16,853 nt of DNA from Candidatus Methylomirabilis sp. (GCA_041498975.1 JBGQJI010000045.1:1-16853); one strand, 5' to 3'. Numbered from the stretch's first letter, positions 1 to 8,005 are shown. Translations and numbers: made by a program. The notes: generated by a model from the sequence alone, not told the origin.

Positions 1-255
1 CCCACGCGGCTGGACGGCCCGCCCCGCGTGATCGCCGCCGGCTTCCAGCTCAACCAGGGCACCCTCATCGGCCCGATCGACCTGTTCGACGACCCCGCGT
101 ACGACGAGGCGCGCCGGCAGGCGAACGTCGCCGCCGACTACCTCCGCCGCCACGGCCCGTTCGAGCCGCACCGCCTGCCGCTGGAGGAGATGGAGTACAC
201 CACCATGCCGCTGATCATGGGCCGGCTGCGGGACCGGTTCACGAGCGTGGGGTGA
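1..255 (+). CDS. fbp: Bifunctional fructose-1,6-bisphosphate aldolase/phosphatase (class V FBPase), C-terminal part; 5' end outside window
   Basis: Frame 1 reads PTRLDGPPRVIAAGFQLNQGTLIGPIDLFDDPAYD...DYLRRHGPFEPHRLPLEEMEYTT, matching the conserved DGPPRV and RRHGPFEPHRLP-EMEYTT C-terminus of FBP aldolase/phosphatases; TGA at 253-255. Confidence 0.92.
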   Translation, partial: PTRLDGPPRVIAAGFQLNQGTLIGPIDLFDDPAYDEARRQANVAADYLRRHGPFEPHRLPLEEMEYTTMPLIMGRLRDRFTSVG

Positions 256-430
256 GGGCGATCAATAGACCACGAGCGACCACGTGGGCGGGGGGAGTCC
301 CGGTCGCCTTATGCGGCGCCGTCGTTCGTCGCAACCGCATCCTCACGGGTGAGGTGGCCGGTGTCATGGCAACAGCTCTCAGGTTCGAAATACGTGACAC
401 CATGCGGGGCGGGTAGGGGCGAGCGAGACA

Positions 431-970
431 GTGCTCAAGCATCGCGTCCTCTTCGACGAGAGCGCCATTGCCACGCGAGTGGAGCAGCTTGCCCAGGCGA
501 TCGCCAAAGACCTCCCTGTACCAGATCCGCTCATGATCGGGCTGCTCACCGGGAGCTTCGTTTTCCTCGCTGACCTGGTTCGGGCGCTCGGAAGGCTCGG
601 CGTGGAGCCTCAGGTGGACTTCGTGGCTGTGTCTCACTACGGGCTGGCGACCGAATCCAGTGGCGTTGTGCAGATCCACAAGGACACGTCGATCGACCTT
701 TCGGGGCGGCCGGTGCTCCTCGTGGATGACATCCTGGATTCGGGACGGACGCTCCGAGCGGTCCGAGATCGGTTTGTGGAACGGGGGCCGAGCTGGCTGC
801 GGATATGCGTGTTCCTCGACAAGCCGAGCCGACGACTGGTTCCTATCAGCGCAGATTACATCGGTTTTGAGGTGCCAGATGTCTGGATCATCGGCTACGG
901 CCTGGACGCCGGCGGGGAAGGGCGGGCACTCCCTTACGTGGCCGCCCTCGACCGGGAAGGGGACAGATAG
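431..970 (+). CDS. hpt: Hypoxanthine(-guanine) phosphoribosyltransferase
   Basis: GLLTGSFVFLADL, PRPP-binding VLLVDDILDSGRTL, LDKPSRR, and IGYGLD...RALPY motifs; 179 aa. Confidence 0.93.
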   Translation: MLKHRVLFDESAIATRVEQLAQAIAKDLPVPDPLMIGLLTGSFVFLADLVRALGRLGVEPQVDFVAVSHYGLATESSGVVQIHKDTSIDLSGRPVLLVDDILDSGRTLRAVRDRFVERGPSWLRICVFLDKPSRRLVPISADYIGFEVPDVWIIGYGLDAGGEGRALPYVAALDREGDR

Positions 971-1042
971 TTCAGGGTTCAGAGTTCATAGTTCAGAGAT
1001 TTGAAGCCCCGGTCAGACATCTACGAACTCTTAACTACGAAC
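968..1042. repeat. Heptamer tandem repeats arranged as an imperfect inverted repeat (probable hairpin after hpt)
   Basis: TAGTTCA GGGTTCA GAGTTCA TAGTTCA (968-995), then CTACGAA CTCTTAA CTACGAAC (1021-1042), which is approximately the reverse complement. Confidence 0.6.
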
Positions 1043-1079
1043 GTCTTTCCTAAGAGGGCTGAGGCAGCATCCCTTTCCG

Positions 1080-1167
1080 TGGGACCACAGTGCCCCATCG
1101 CACCATTCCTGTGTTGACAATAAGTTAGCGGGGCACCCCTGCCATTGGCTGAGGCGGAATTGCCCCA
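1080..1167 (+). promoter_or_regulatory. Two palindromic putative enhancer (UAS) sites, TGRGRC-N6-GNCCCA, with an IHF-like core between them (module copy A)
   Basis: TGGGAC-CACAGT-GCCCCA (1080-1097) and TGAGGC-GGAATT-GCCCCA (1150-1167); CAA-TAAG-TTA at 1118-1127; all conserved at the same offset in copy B. Confidence 0.65.
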
Positions 1168-1213
1168 AGTCGGGTCATCTGCCTTTTTCGCTGCACCCGC
1201 AATCTTCGATTAG

Positions 1214-1254
1214 GCTCTATATAAGCCTTCAGAATCAACAAGATATACGCGATT
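1214..1254 (+). promoter_or_regulatory. AT-rich IHF-like site between the enhancer and the sigma54 promoter (copy A)
   Basis: AATCAACAAGATA resembles WATCAA-N4-TTR; 33/41 identical to 6828-6868. Confidence 0.55.
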
Positions 1255-1278
1255 ACCTTTTCCATGGCTGTGGAATCC

Positions 1279-1295
1279 TTGGCATCCAGATTGCT
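1279..1295 (+). promoter_or_regulatory. Sigma54 (-24/-12) promoter upstream of acd
   Basis: TTGGCAT-CCAGA-TTGCT fits TTGGCAC-N5-TTGCW. Confidence 0.85.
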
Positions 1296-1550
1296 CTTAA
1301 GGCCGGGGAAGATTTAATCTCCAAAGGGTGCGTAAGGGGATTTGTGACGGTTTGTTTGTTGAAGCCTCGAAGTGGTCGAGCCTTGGTTGGAGGCGGATTA
1401 GGTGAGTCGTTGTAAGGTCGATGCGGGGCCTGGGCCGGCGGATTGTCGCGGCGGCGCTGCTGGTGCCATTGCGGCGGACAGAAATCCGATGGGGACAACC
1501 TTGTCCATGATTTTCTGGACTGCCTGCTGGGTGTGGCTGTGGCTGATTCG

Positions 1551-3683
1551 ATGAAGCCCGACCAGACGCTGAGGGCATTCTTTGCTCCGCGGGCGGTCGC
1601 CGTGGTCGGTGCCTCTCGAGATCCTGACAAGGTCGGTTATCGTGTCTTGGAAAACCTGCTCAGAGGAGGGTTTGGCGGTGCGATCTATCCGGTAAACCCC
1701 GCTGCCAAGGAGGTCCTGGGACTGACGGTCTACCCCTCACTGTCCGAGATCGGGGCTCCTGTCGATCTGGCGGTGGTGGTGCTCCCAGCGCCGCGAGTTC
1801 TTGGAGCCATCGAGGCCTGTGCAGCGCAAGGCATCGGTGCCGCGATCGTGATCTCCGCCGGGTTCAAGGAGGTCGGGGGCGAGGGGGCCGAACTGGAAGA
1901 AGCGTTGAAGAGGCGGGTGCGGCAGCTTGGGATCAGGGTGCTTGGCCCGAACTGCCTGGGTTTGGTTGTCACCGAGGCAAAGCTCAATGCGACGTTCGCA
2001 AAGGGGATGCCGCCCCCAGGCGGCATCGCGTTTGTGTCGCAATCGGGCGCTCTGTGCACCGCGGCGCTTGACTGGGCTGTTGGTCTTGGGATCGGCTTCT
2101 CCGCCCTCGTCAGCCTCGGGAACAAGGCTGATCTCTCCGAGGCCGAGATCATTGAGGTACTGGCCGACGATCCCAAGACTCGTGTGATCGTCGGCTACGT
2201 GGAGGCGGTGGAGGATGGACAGGGTTTCCTCTCGGTTGCGAAGGCGGCCTCGGGAAAAAAGCCGGTAGTGTTCTTCAAGGCTGGGACTACTGAGGGGGGG
2301 GCCAGGGCGGCGGCGTCTCATACCGGCGCCCTCGCCGGCGCGGATCGGGCCTACGAGGCGGCGTTCAAGCAAGCAGGGGTGATCAGGGCGAGGAGTCTGC
2401 GCCAGTTGTTCGACTTTGCCAGGGTTTTTTCCTCCCTTCCGCTGCCGGGCGGCAACCGGATCGCCATCGTGACGAATGCAGGCGGGCCTGGGATCATCGC
2501 GGCCGATGCGTGCGAGGGTGGTGCGTTGCGGCTAGCCGTCCTCGCGGAGCCGACGCTGGCCCGGCTCAGGCGAGTGCTGCCGGCCAGCGCCTCTCTTCAC
2601 AATCCGGTGGATGTCATCGGGGATGCCTCCGCAGATAGGTATCAGGCGGCACTCGAGGCCGTGGCTTCCGATCCGGGCGTGGATGGCCTCCTGGCCTTGG
2701 CGACCCCTCAAGCCATGACCGACATGGAGAAGTTCGCCCAGGCGGTCGTGGAGGTCGGGAGGGGCGCGGCGAAGCCGGTCCTCGCCGCCTTCATGGCTGA
2801 GGCCAGCCTGCTCGAAGCCAACAAGATCCTCTTGCGTGGTGGCATTCCCGACTTCCCTTTTCCCGATGAAGCAGTCAAGGCGCTCGAGGCGATGGCCAGG
2901 TATGAGGCGGGTCGGGACCGCCCGCCGCTGCCGGTGCGGTTTCCGGCCGACCGCGCCGGAGTCGCCAAGCTCCTGCAGAAGGCCCGCGATCGCAGGGTGC
3001 CCGCCCTCGGAGAATCAGACGCGCGAGAGGTCTTGATTCCCTACGGGTTTCGCGGCCCGAAGACCGTCCTCGCTTCGAATGCGTCCGAGGCGGCAGACGC
3101 GGCCGACCAGATCGGCTACCCGGTTGTTCTGAAGATCGTTGCGCCGGAGATCCTGCACAAGAGCGAGGTCAGCGGCGTTCGCTTGGGGCTCTTGAACCGG
3201 GAGGCGGTGCGCGAGGCATATGCCCAGATGGTCGCGCGGGCCGCCAGCGTCACCCCTCATGCCCACATCGAAGGGGTCCTCGTTCAATCTCAGATGATGG
3301 GCGGGCGGGAGGTGATCCTGGGGGCGGCGCGGGACCGGCAGTTCGGTCCGCTGCTGATGTTCGGGCTTGGGGGGATCTATGTGGAAGTCTTGAAGGATGT
3401 CACCTTCAGGATCGCGCCCCTGTGCAGGGCCGAGGCCGAGGCGATGGTCCGAGAGGTGCGGGCATTCCCTCTCCTGCAGGGCGTCCGTGGCGAGCCGCCC
3501 GCCGATCTGGCAGCCCTCGTGGAAGATATCCTGCGACTCTCCCAGTTGGTGACGGATTTTGCAGAGATCGCTGAGATCGATATCAACCCACTGCTCGTGA
3601 TGCCGAAGGGAGAGGGCACGGTGGCACTCGACGCCAGGATTCGGCTGGTGTCGAGTGATGAGGCCGCGCCTGTTACAGCATGA
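1551..3683 (+). CDS. acd: Acetate/acyl-CoA ligase (ADP-forming), fused alpha-beta (AcdAB type)
   Basis: CoA-binding VAVVGAS...YPVNP, LGPNCLG, SQSGA, SLGNKAD, phospho-His in AAASHTGALAG, NPVDVIGDA, and ATP-grasp GYPVVLKI...HKSEVSGV...FGPLLMFGLGG...EIDINPL; no GNAT domain. ATG 1551 is preferred over 1443 because homology starts there. Confidence 0.9.
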   Translation: MKPDQTLRAFFAPRAVAVVGASRDPDKVGYRVLENLLRGGFGGAIYPVNPAAKEVLGLTVYPSLSEIGAPVDLAVVVLPAPRVLGAIEACAAQGIGAAIVISAGFKEVGGEGAELEEALKRRVRQLGIRVLGPNCLGLVVTEAKLNATFAKGMPPPGGIAFVSQSGALCTAALDWAVGLGIGFSALVSLGNKADLSEAEIIEVLADDPKTRVIVGYVEAVEDGQGFLSVAKAASGKKPVVFFKAGTTEGGARAAASHTGALAGADRAYEAAFKQAGVIRARSLRQLFDFARVFSSLPLPGGNRIAIVTNAGGPGIIAADACEGGALRLAVLAEPTLARLRRVLPASASLHNPVDVIGDASADRYQAALEAVASDPGVDGLLALATPQAMTDMEKFAQAVVEVGRGAAKPVLAAFMAEASLLEANKILLRGGIPDFPFPDEAVKALEAMARYEAGRDRPPLPVRFPADRAGVAKLLQKARDRRVPALGESDAREVLIPYGFRGPKTVLASNASEAADAADQIGYPVVLKIVAPEILHKSEVSGVRLGLLNREAVREAYAQMVARAASVTPHAHIEGVLVQSQMMGGREVILGAARDRQFGPLLMFGLGGIYVEVLKDVTFRIAPLCRAEAEAMVREVRAFPLLQGVRGEPPADLAALVEDILRLSQLVTDFAEIAEIDINPLLVMPKGEGTVALDARIRLVSSDEAAPVTA

Positions 3684-3764
3684 GGGCCCCATTGTGGTGA
3701 GGTGGCCAAGGCATCGAAGGGCACCTTTCAGCACAGAGTAGAAGGTCTCGAGGCAGGAGGAGTT

Positions 3765-4145
3765 ATGCTCGATGGTTCGTCGCCTCAACGGATAGTCATT
3801 GTCGAGGATGATGTCGATTTGCGCGAGACGCTCGGGCGTGCCCTCTCGCGCGAGGGGTATCAGGTGAGCTTCGCCGGCGACGGCACCGAGGCGATCTCCC
3901 TGTTGAGGGAGCGGCCGTTCGATCTGGCGATTGTGGATGTGGTCATGCCGAGAATGGGGGGAGTCAAGATGCTAGAGGAGCTGAGGGCTCTGGGCCTGGC
4001 GGTCCCCACGATCATTGTGACAGCCTTCGGCGATCGATTTGTGTACCAGCGGACGATCGAGCTTGGCGCCTCGGAGTTTTTGGTGAAGCCGGTCAAGCTC
4101 GTGGAGTTGTATCGCGCTGTCAGAAAGGTGCTGGCCGGCGGGTAG
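3765..4145 (+). CDS. Single-domain response regulator receiver (CheY-like)
   Basis: IVEDD, phospho-Asp in LAIVDVVMP, IIVTAFG, FLVKP; strong RBS GGAGGAG before ATG 3765. Confidence 0.88.
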   Translation: MLDGSSPQRIVIVEDDVDLRETLGRALSREGYQVSFAGDGTEAISLLRERPFDLAIVDVVMPRMGGVKMLEELRALGLAVPTIIVTAFGDRFVYQRTIELGASEFLVKPVKLVELYRAVRKVLAGG

Positions 4146-4175
4146 GCTGTTGAAACAATTGGATCTGAGGAGGGG

Positions 4176-4958
4176 ATGACAAGAGTGGAATCGTTCGAGC
4201 GGCGCCACTGGTCGAAGCAGAGCCGGATCGAAGCGGGCAAACGCCCCTCTGAGGAGCAGGTCCGTGACTTCCGCGAGATCTACCTGCAATACGCTGCGGA
4301 GGAGTCGGTCATGCTGGAGGCCCAGCGGTGCCTCGAGTGCAAAGAGCCCTCATGCGAGACCGCTTGCCCGCTCGGCAACCGGATCCGGGACTGGCTTCGG
4401 CTGGCATCGGAGGGGAAGTTCTTGGAGGCGGCGGCCGTCTCGCGCGAGACCAGCAACATGCCGGAGGTCTGCGGCCGCGTCTGCCCGCAGGACCGGCTCT
4501 GCGGGGAAGGAGTCGAGTTTCACTGGCTCACCGCTCCGGTAACGTTCATCGGGGATGAGGATGGAAAGGTCCGGGCGATCGAATGTGTGCAGATGGTGCT
4601 TGGCGAACCCGACAAGGACGGCCGGCGGAAGCCGGTTGAGGTCAAAGGCAGCAACTATCTGATCGAGGCCGACCTGGTCATCATGGCCTTCGGGTTCGAC
4701 GCTTCGCCGGTTGAAGGCGAGGATGCCTCGAAGCTGACAACTAACAAGTGGGGGAACTACGAGGTCGATCGGGTCAAGATGACCTCCTGGCCAGGGGTCT
4801 TTGCCGGCGGCGACATCGTCCGCGGCGCCGATTTGGTGGTGACGGCAATCAAGGACGGTCGTGAGGCGGCAAAGGGGATCGACGAATACCTCCGCCATCT
4901 GTCGAAGCAGGGGCACGCAGGTGCCGATGTCCTGGCCGCGGAGCGAGGGCAGATGTGA
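4176..4958 (+). pseudogene. gltD: GltD/SudA-like flavo-FeS oxidoreductase with a large in-frame internal deletion
   Basis: N-terminal EAQRCLECKEPSCETACP...CGRVCPQDRLC joins directly (~4503) to the C-terminal GVEFHWL...DLVIMAFG...GVFAGGDIVRGADLVVTAIKDGREAA; 260 aa versus the typical ~470; FAD and NAD(P)H GxGxxG/A motifs are absent. Confidence 0.75.
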
Positions 4959-5767
4959 ACCGGGAGCGAACAGACGTGAATTGGGACGTTCGACGTCGCC
5001 GCCTGGTGAAGGAGGAGCTCGTCTATGGTCCCCTTCTTTCCCGTCGGCTGGGCCGTTCGTTGGGAGTCAACCTGCTCGGCTCCGGGGAGAAGCTCTGTTC
5101 CTTCAACTGCCGCTACTGTCAATGCGGCTGGACAAGGCATCCGACCCTGGAGGTCGGCGAGCGGATCGCCGGCCTTCCCTCTGCAGAGTTGGTTGCCGGC
5201 GCGCTTGAGAGGAAGCTTCAACAGCTCTGCCATGAGAAGATCGTCATTGACGTCATCACTTTCTCAGGAAACGGCGAGCCGACCCTCCATCCTGAGCTGG
5301 GGGAGATCGTCAGGACGGCGTCCGCGCTTCGTGATCGCTACACCCCCGGCGCGAAACTGGCTGTTCTCTCAAATAGTTCGACCGTGCATCGGCCTCGGGT
5401 GCGCACCGCACTGGAGATGGTGGAACTGAAGATGATGAAACTTGATGCGGGCAGCGAGGCCCTTGTGCGACGGATCAATCTGCCGGCCAGAGGGTTCGAC
5501 TTCGCCAGGATGGTCAAGGGGTTAGCCCAACTCGACGGAGTCCTTCTGCAATCGATGTTCGTGTGGGGCAGGGTGGAGAATACCGACCCATTCGCGGTCC
5601 GCGACTGGGCCGAAAGGGTTCGCGACATCCGGCCGCTGGGCGTCCAGGTCTACACCATCGACCGGGTCCCGGCCGACCCGGATCTCAGGCCGGTCCCCTG
5701 GGCAGTGCTGGTCTCGATAGCTGGGTATGCGAGGCGAATCGCCGATGTCCCGATCGATGTATACTGA
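4955..5767 (+). CDS. Radical SAM protein (TYW1-like/COG0731-type Fe-S oxidoreductase)
   Basis: VYGPLLSRRLGRSLGVNL, CSFNCRYC (CX3CX2C), ITFSGNGEPTLHP, KLDAG, VQVYTIDR; GTGA overlap with the upstream stop. Confidence 0.88.
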   Translation: MNRERTDVNWDVRRRRLVKEELVYGPLLSRRLGRSLGVNLLGSGEKLCSFNCRYCQCGWTRHPTLEVGERIAGLPSAELVAGALERKLQQLCHEKIVIDVITFSGNGEPTLHPELGEIVRTASALRDRYTPGAKLAVLSNSSTVHRPRVRTALEMVELKMMKLDAGSEALVRRINLPARGFDFARMVKGLAQLDGVLLQSMFVWGRVENTDPFAVRDWAERVRDIRPLGVQVYTIDRVPADPDLRPVPWAVLVSIAGYARRIADVPIDVY

Positions 5768-6248
5768 AGCATTCCGTGGCAGCGGCGTCCGACGATGGCT
5801 GGCGGCGCTGACACTTCTCTCTGCGCTAGGTGTGGTGGACTCTGGCTATCTTTTCTGGAAACATCGTGTGTTGACGTCGCGCACGCCAGGCAGCGAAGGC
5901 CCGGGCTTCTGCCCGGCGGGGGGATGCGACGTTGTGAACCAGGGACCGTATGCCGAGATCAGGGGCATCCCCCTGGCGGTTGTTGGCTTGGCCGGCTACC
6001 TGACACTGCTTGTCCTCTCAATCATGGCGGGGGCGTTCGGCAGCCGAAGTCTCCTGACTGCATTCTCCGCCATTTCAGGCATGGGGATGGGCGTATCGGC
6101 TTACCTGGTTTACCTTCAGGTTGCGGTGATCCGTGCGATCTGTTTCTGGTGCGTTGTTTCGGCTCTTGCGATGGCGTCGATCTTTTTCCTGAGCGTGCTG
6201 GTACTTCGGCGGTTGCGGTCTCTAGAGCTGCTGCAATCGGCCGAGTAG
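5757..6248 (+). CDS. Vitamin K epoxide reductase (VKOR) family membrane disulfide oxidoreductase
   Basis: Hydrophobic helices, loop Cys pair FCPAGGCDVV, GIPLAVVGLAGY, active-site ICFWC. Start uncertain (ATG at 5727, 5745 or 5757). Confidence 0.88.
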   Translation: MYTEAFRGSGVRRWLAALTLLSALGVVDSGYLFWKHRVLTSRTPGSEGPGFCPAGGCDVVNQGPYAEIRGIPLAVVGLAGYLTLLVLSIMAGAFGSRSLLTAFSAISGMGMGVSAYLVYLQVAVIRAICFWCVVSALAMASIFFLSVLVLRRLRSLELLQSAE

Positions 6249-6578
6249 CAAGGCCTGTAGGCCGCTTGCGGGCCTGAAGAGCAGCTCACCGCCCTCGCGC
6301 CGGTCCTCGGCTCCAGCCGTCTTCTCCCCTTGGGGCTCAACGACGGTGAACTTCACATTCATCCCTTGGTGAGGAAGTCCGCAGACGACGGTGCAGTACA
6401 AGAGGAAGCTCTCCACCTTATCAGCGATGAAATCGACCTCCGACAGCTCACCGGGCTTGACCAATACCTCGTTGACGCCGAAGGTTGGAAGGACGAAGCC
6501 GTGGTAGACGTCGGTGCTGATCAGAAACTCAAATTGCCTTGATGCCTTTGCAGGGGGCCAATTTCTCGCTTTGGGACA
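6222..6578 (-). pseudogene. Degraded CuA-type cupredoxin (CoxB/NosZ C-terminal-like domain)
   Basis: Open - frame reads RQFEFLISTDVYHGFVLPTFGVNEVLVKPGELSEVDFIADKVESFLLYCTVVCGLPHQGM, with all CuA ligands (H; CxxxC; H; M). No ATG/GTG/TTG between the in-frame stop at 6579-6581 and the DVYH motif; the 3' end runs into VKOR. Confidence 0.72.
6251..6275 (+). terminator. GC-rich hairpin just after the VKOR stop
   Basis: AGGCCTGTAGG-CCG-CTTGCGGGCCT pairs with several G-U; no U-tract. Confidence 0.3.
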
Positions 6579-6693
6579 TCATCGCCCAAGCCTCCCAACG
6601 AATGCCTCAATCACCAATCGTATCCCATTCCCTAGGAACGACCAGCACAGCCCGATAACATACCTGGTGCATGTGAGACAACGCGGCTTGCCA

Positions 6694-6781
6694 TGGGACT
6701 ACAATGCCCCACCAATCCATTCCTGTATTGGCAATAAGTTATATGGGCCGCATCCACCTCGCCTGAGGCGAAACTGACCCA
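6694..6781 (+). promoter_or_regulatory. Two palindromic putative enhancer sites with an IHF-like core (module copy B)
   Basis: TGGGAC-TACAAT-GCCCCA (6694-6711) and TGAGGC-GAAACT-GACCCA (6764-6781); 6694-6741 is 40/48 identical to 1080-1127. Confidence 0.65.
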
Positions 6782-6827
6782 GGCCCTCGAGGCCTTCCCT
6801 TTCCTTCGCCATGGGTTCTGAGAATGA

Positions 6828-6868
6828 GCCCTGTATAACCCTTCAGAATCGAAAAGATACACAGGATT
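6828..6868 (+). promoter_or_regulatory. IHF-like AT-rich site (copy B)
   Basis: TATAACCCTTCAGAATCGAAAAGATA; same offset (5614) from copy A. Confidence 0.5.
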
Positions 6869-6892
6869 GGGTTTTACAGCATCGCCGATGTC

Positions 6893-6909
6893 TTGGCACT
6901 CATATTGCT
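6893..6909 (+). promoter_or_regulatory. Sigma54 (-24/-12) promoter upstream of the Crp/Fnr gene
   Basis: TTGGCAC-TCATA-TTGCT, a consensus match. Confidence 0.88.
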
Positions 6910-7169
6910 CTATAAGTCCCAGAAGCTTTCCAGCCTGAAGATGCCAGTAATGAGTATTTTGCATCCAAGCACTGGTTGCAGTTTTGGGCTTTCACGATGA
7001 CGGCGCTTTTCAGCCTGAGCATCGTTGTGCTGTGCAAAATTCGGTCTCTTGACCAACTTGATCAATCGGAATTGGCCGGGCAAGAACGAGGTATCTAACT
7101 GCACGGCGAGGCCTCCGGGCTATCTTGTTGTTTGATGGCCTGGAAAGAGGCCCGTAGATGAGGTGACGT

Positions 7170-7853
7170 ATGTTGTGCGAGAGATGCCCAGTTCGAGGGG
7201 ATTCGGTATTTGGGACGGTCTTGCCACCGGTAGATCGCCAGTCGAAACCATCCCATTCGGTCAGGCGATTTGCTAGGAGGCAGGTCGTGCTGCGAGAAGG
7301 GGAGATACCGGTGGGTCTCTACTGCATCCGGTCCGGCCTGTTGAAGCGTAGCCTCGGAGATCCGCAAGGCAATCGGAAGATCCTTGAGATCCTGGGGCCC
7401 GGCGACCTCCTCGGTATAGAGTCGATCAGTGGCAACGGGTGCCGAGCGGCAGAGATTGCTACCCTGGAGGCAAGTGAGCTCTGCTTCTTCCACCGGCGTG
7501 ATCTGTCGGAATTGATGAAGGGAACTCCGGCCTTCGCCATCGCCCTCGCGGCTTACACTGCTGAGCGTCTAGCTCACGCCGAGCGGGAACTAGCTGACCT
7601 TTCGCTGAAGACCGCGAGGCAACGGCTTGCCAATGTGCTCCTCACCCTCGGTCAGAGGTATGGGAAGCATACGCCACGCGGGCTGTTGCTGGACCTGCCG
7701 ATCAGCCGCGGCGAGCTGGCCAATTTGACCGGGATTGCGCTTGCCACTGCCAGCCGCCTCTGTAGGGAGCTGAAAGATGAGGGAGCAATTAGTACAAAGG
7801 GGCGGAGGATATTCATCTTGCGATGGGAGCAACTCAAAGAGGACACCGGGTGA
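7170..7853 (+). CDS. Crp/Fnr family transcriptional regulator with N-terminal CxxC
   Basis: cNMP-like beta-roll (LREGE..GLYCIRSGLLK...ILGPGDLLG), RQRLANVLL, HTH LPISRGELANLTGIALATASR; RBS GAGGTG. Confidence 0.9.
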   Translation: MLCERCPVRGDSVFGTVLPPVDRQSKPSHSVRRFARRQVVLREGEIPVGLYCIRSGLLKRSLGDPQGNRKILEILGPGDLLGIESISGNGCRAAEIATLEASELCFFHRRDLSELMKGTPAFAIALAAYTAERLAHAERELADLSLKTARQRLANVLLTLGQRYGKHTPRGLLLDLPISRGELANLTGIALATASRLCRELKDEGAISTKGRRIFILRWEQLKEDTG

Positions 7854-7866
7854 GATATTGGAGCTT

Positions 7867-8005
7867 GTGCCGTTCCAACTCTTTACGCCAAAATGGTGAG
7901 GCTAGTACCGTTCCAATTTTATCTCAGAAATAATGACGCTATGCAGAGGCCGATTGAGTTGCCCACATATCACGGTGTCCTGAGGCCAAAAAGTTGGAAC
8001 GGCAC
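7867..8005. mobile_element. Putative MITE with 14-bp perfect terminal inverted repeats and an internal extra left-end copy
   Basis: GTGCCGTTCCAACT (7867-7880) is the exact reverse complement of AGTTGGAACGGCAC (7992-8005); third copy GTACCGTTCCAATT at 7905-7918; AT-richer non-coding interior. Confidence 0.55.

Noticed and set aside
378..400. GGTTCGAA resembling a tRNA T-loop
   Set aside because: No T-stem or cloverleaf around it.
1491..1508. GGACAA-CC-TTGTCC palindrome resembling the UAS
   Set aside because: Downstream of the promoter and absent from copy B; insufficient support.
1443..1550. Cys-rich N-terminal extension of ACD (RRRCWCHC)
   Set aside because: TTG start without RBS; family homology starts near 1551.
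1551..3683. Protein acetyltransferase (Pat/PatZ) call
   Set aside because: No GNAT domain, and the catalytic His residues are retained.
3015..3788. 257-aa - strand ORF, and similar ones such as 1737-2372, 4350-4916, 9930-10688, 14371-14931
   Set aside because: Overlap well-supported + strand genes; no recognisable domains.
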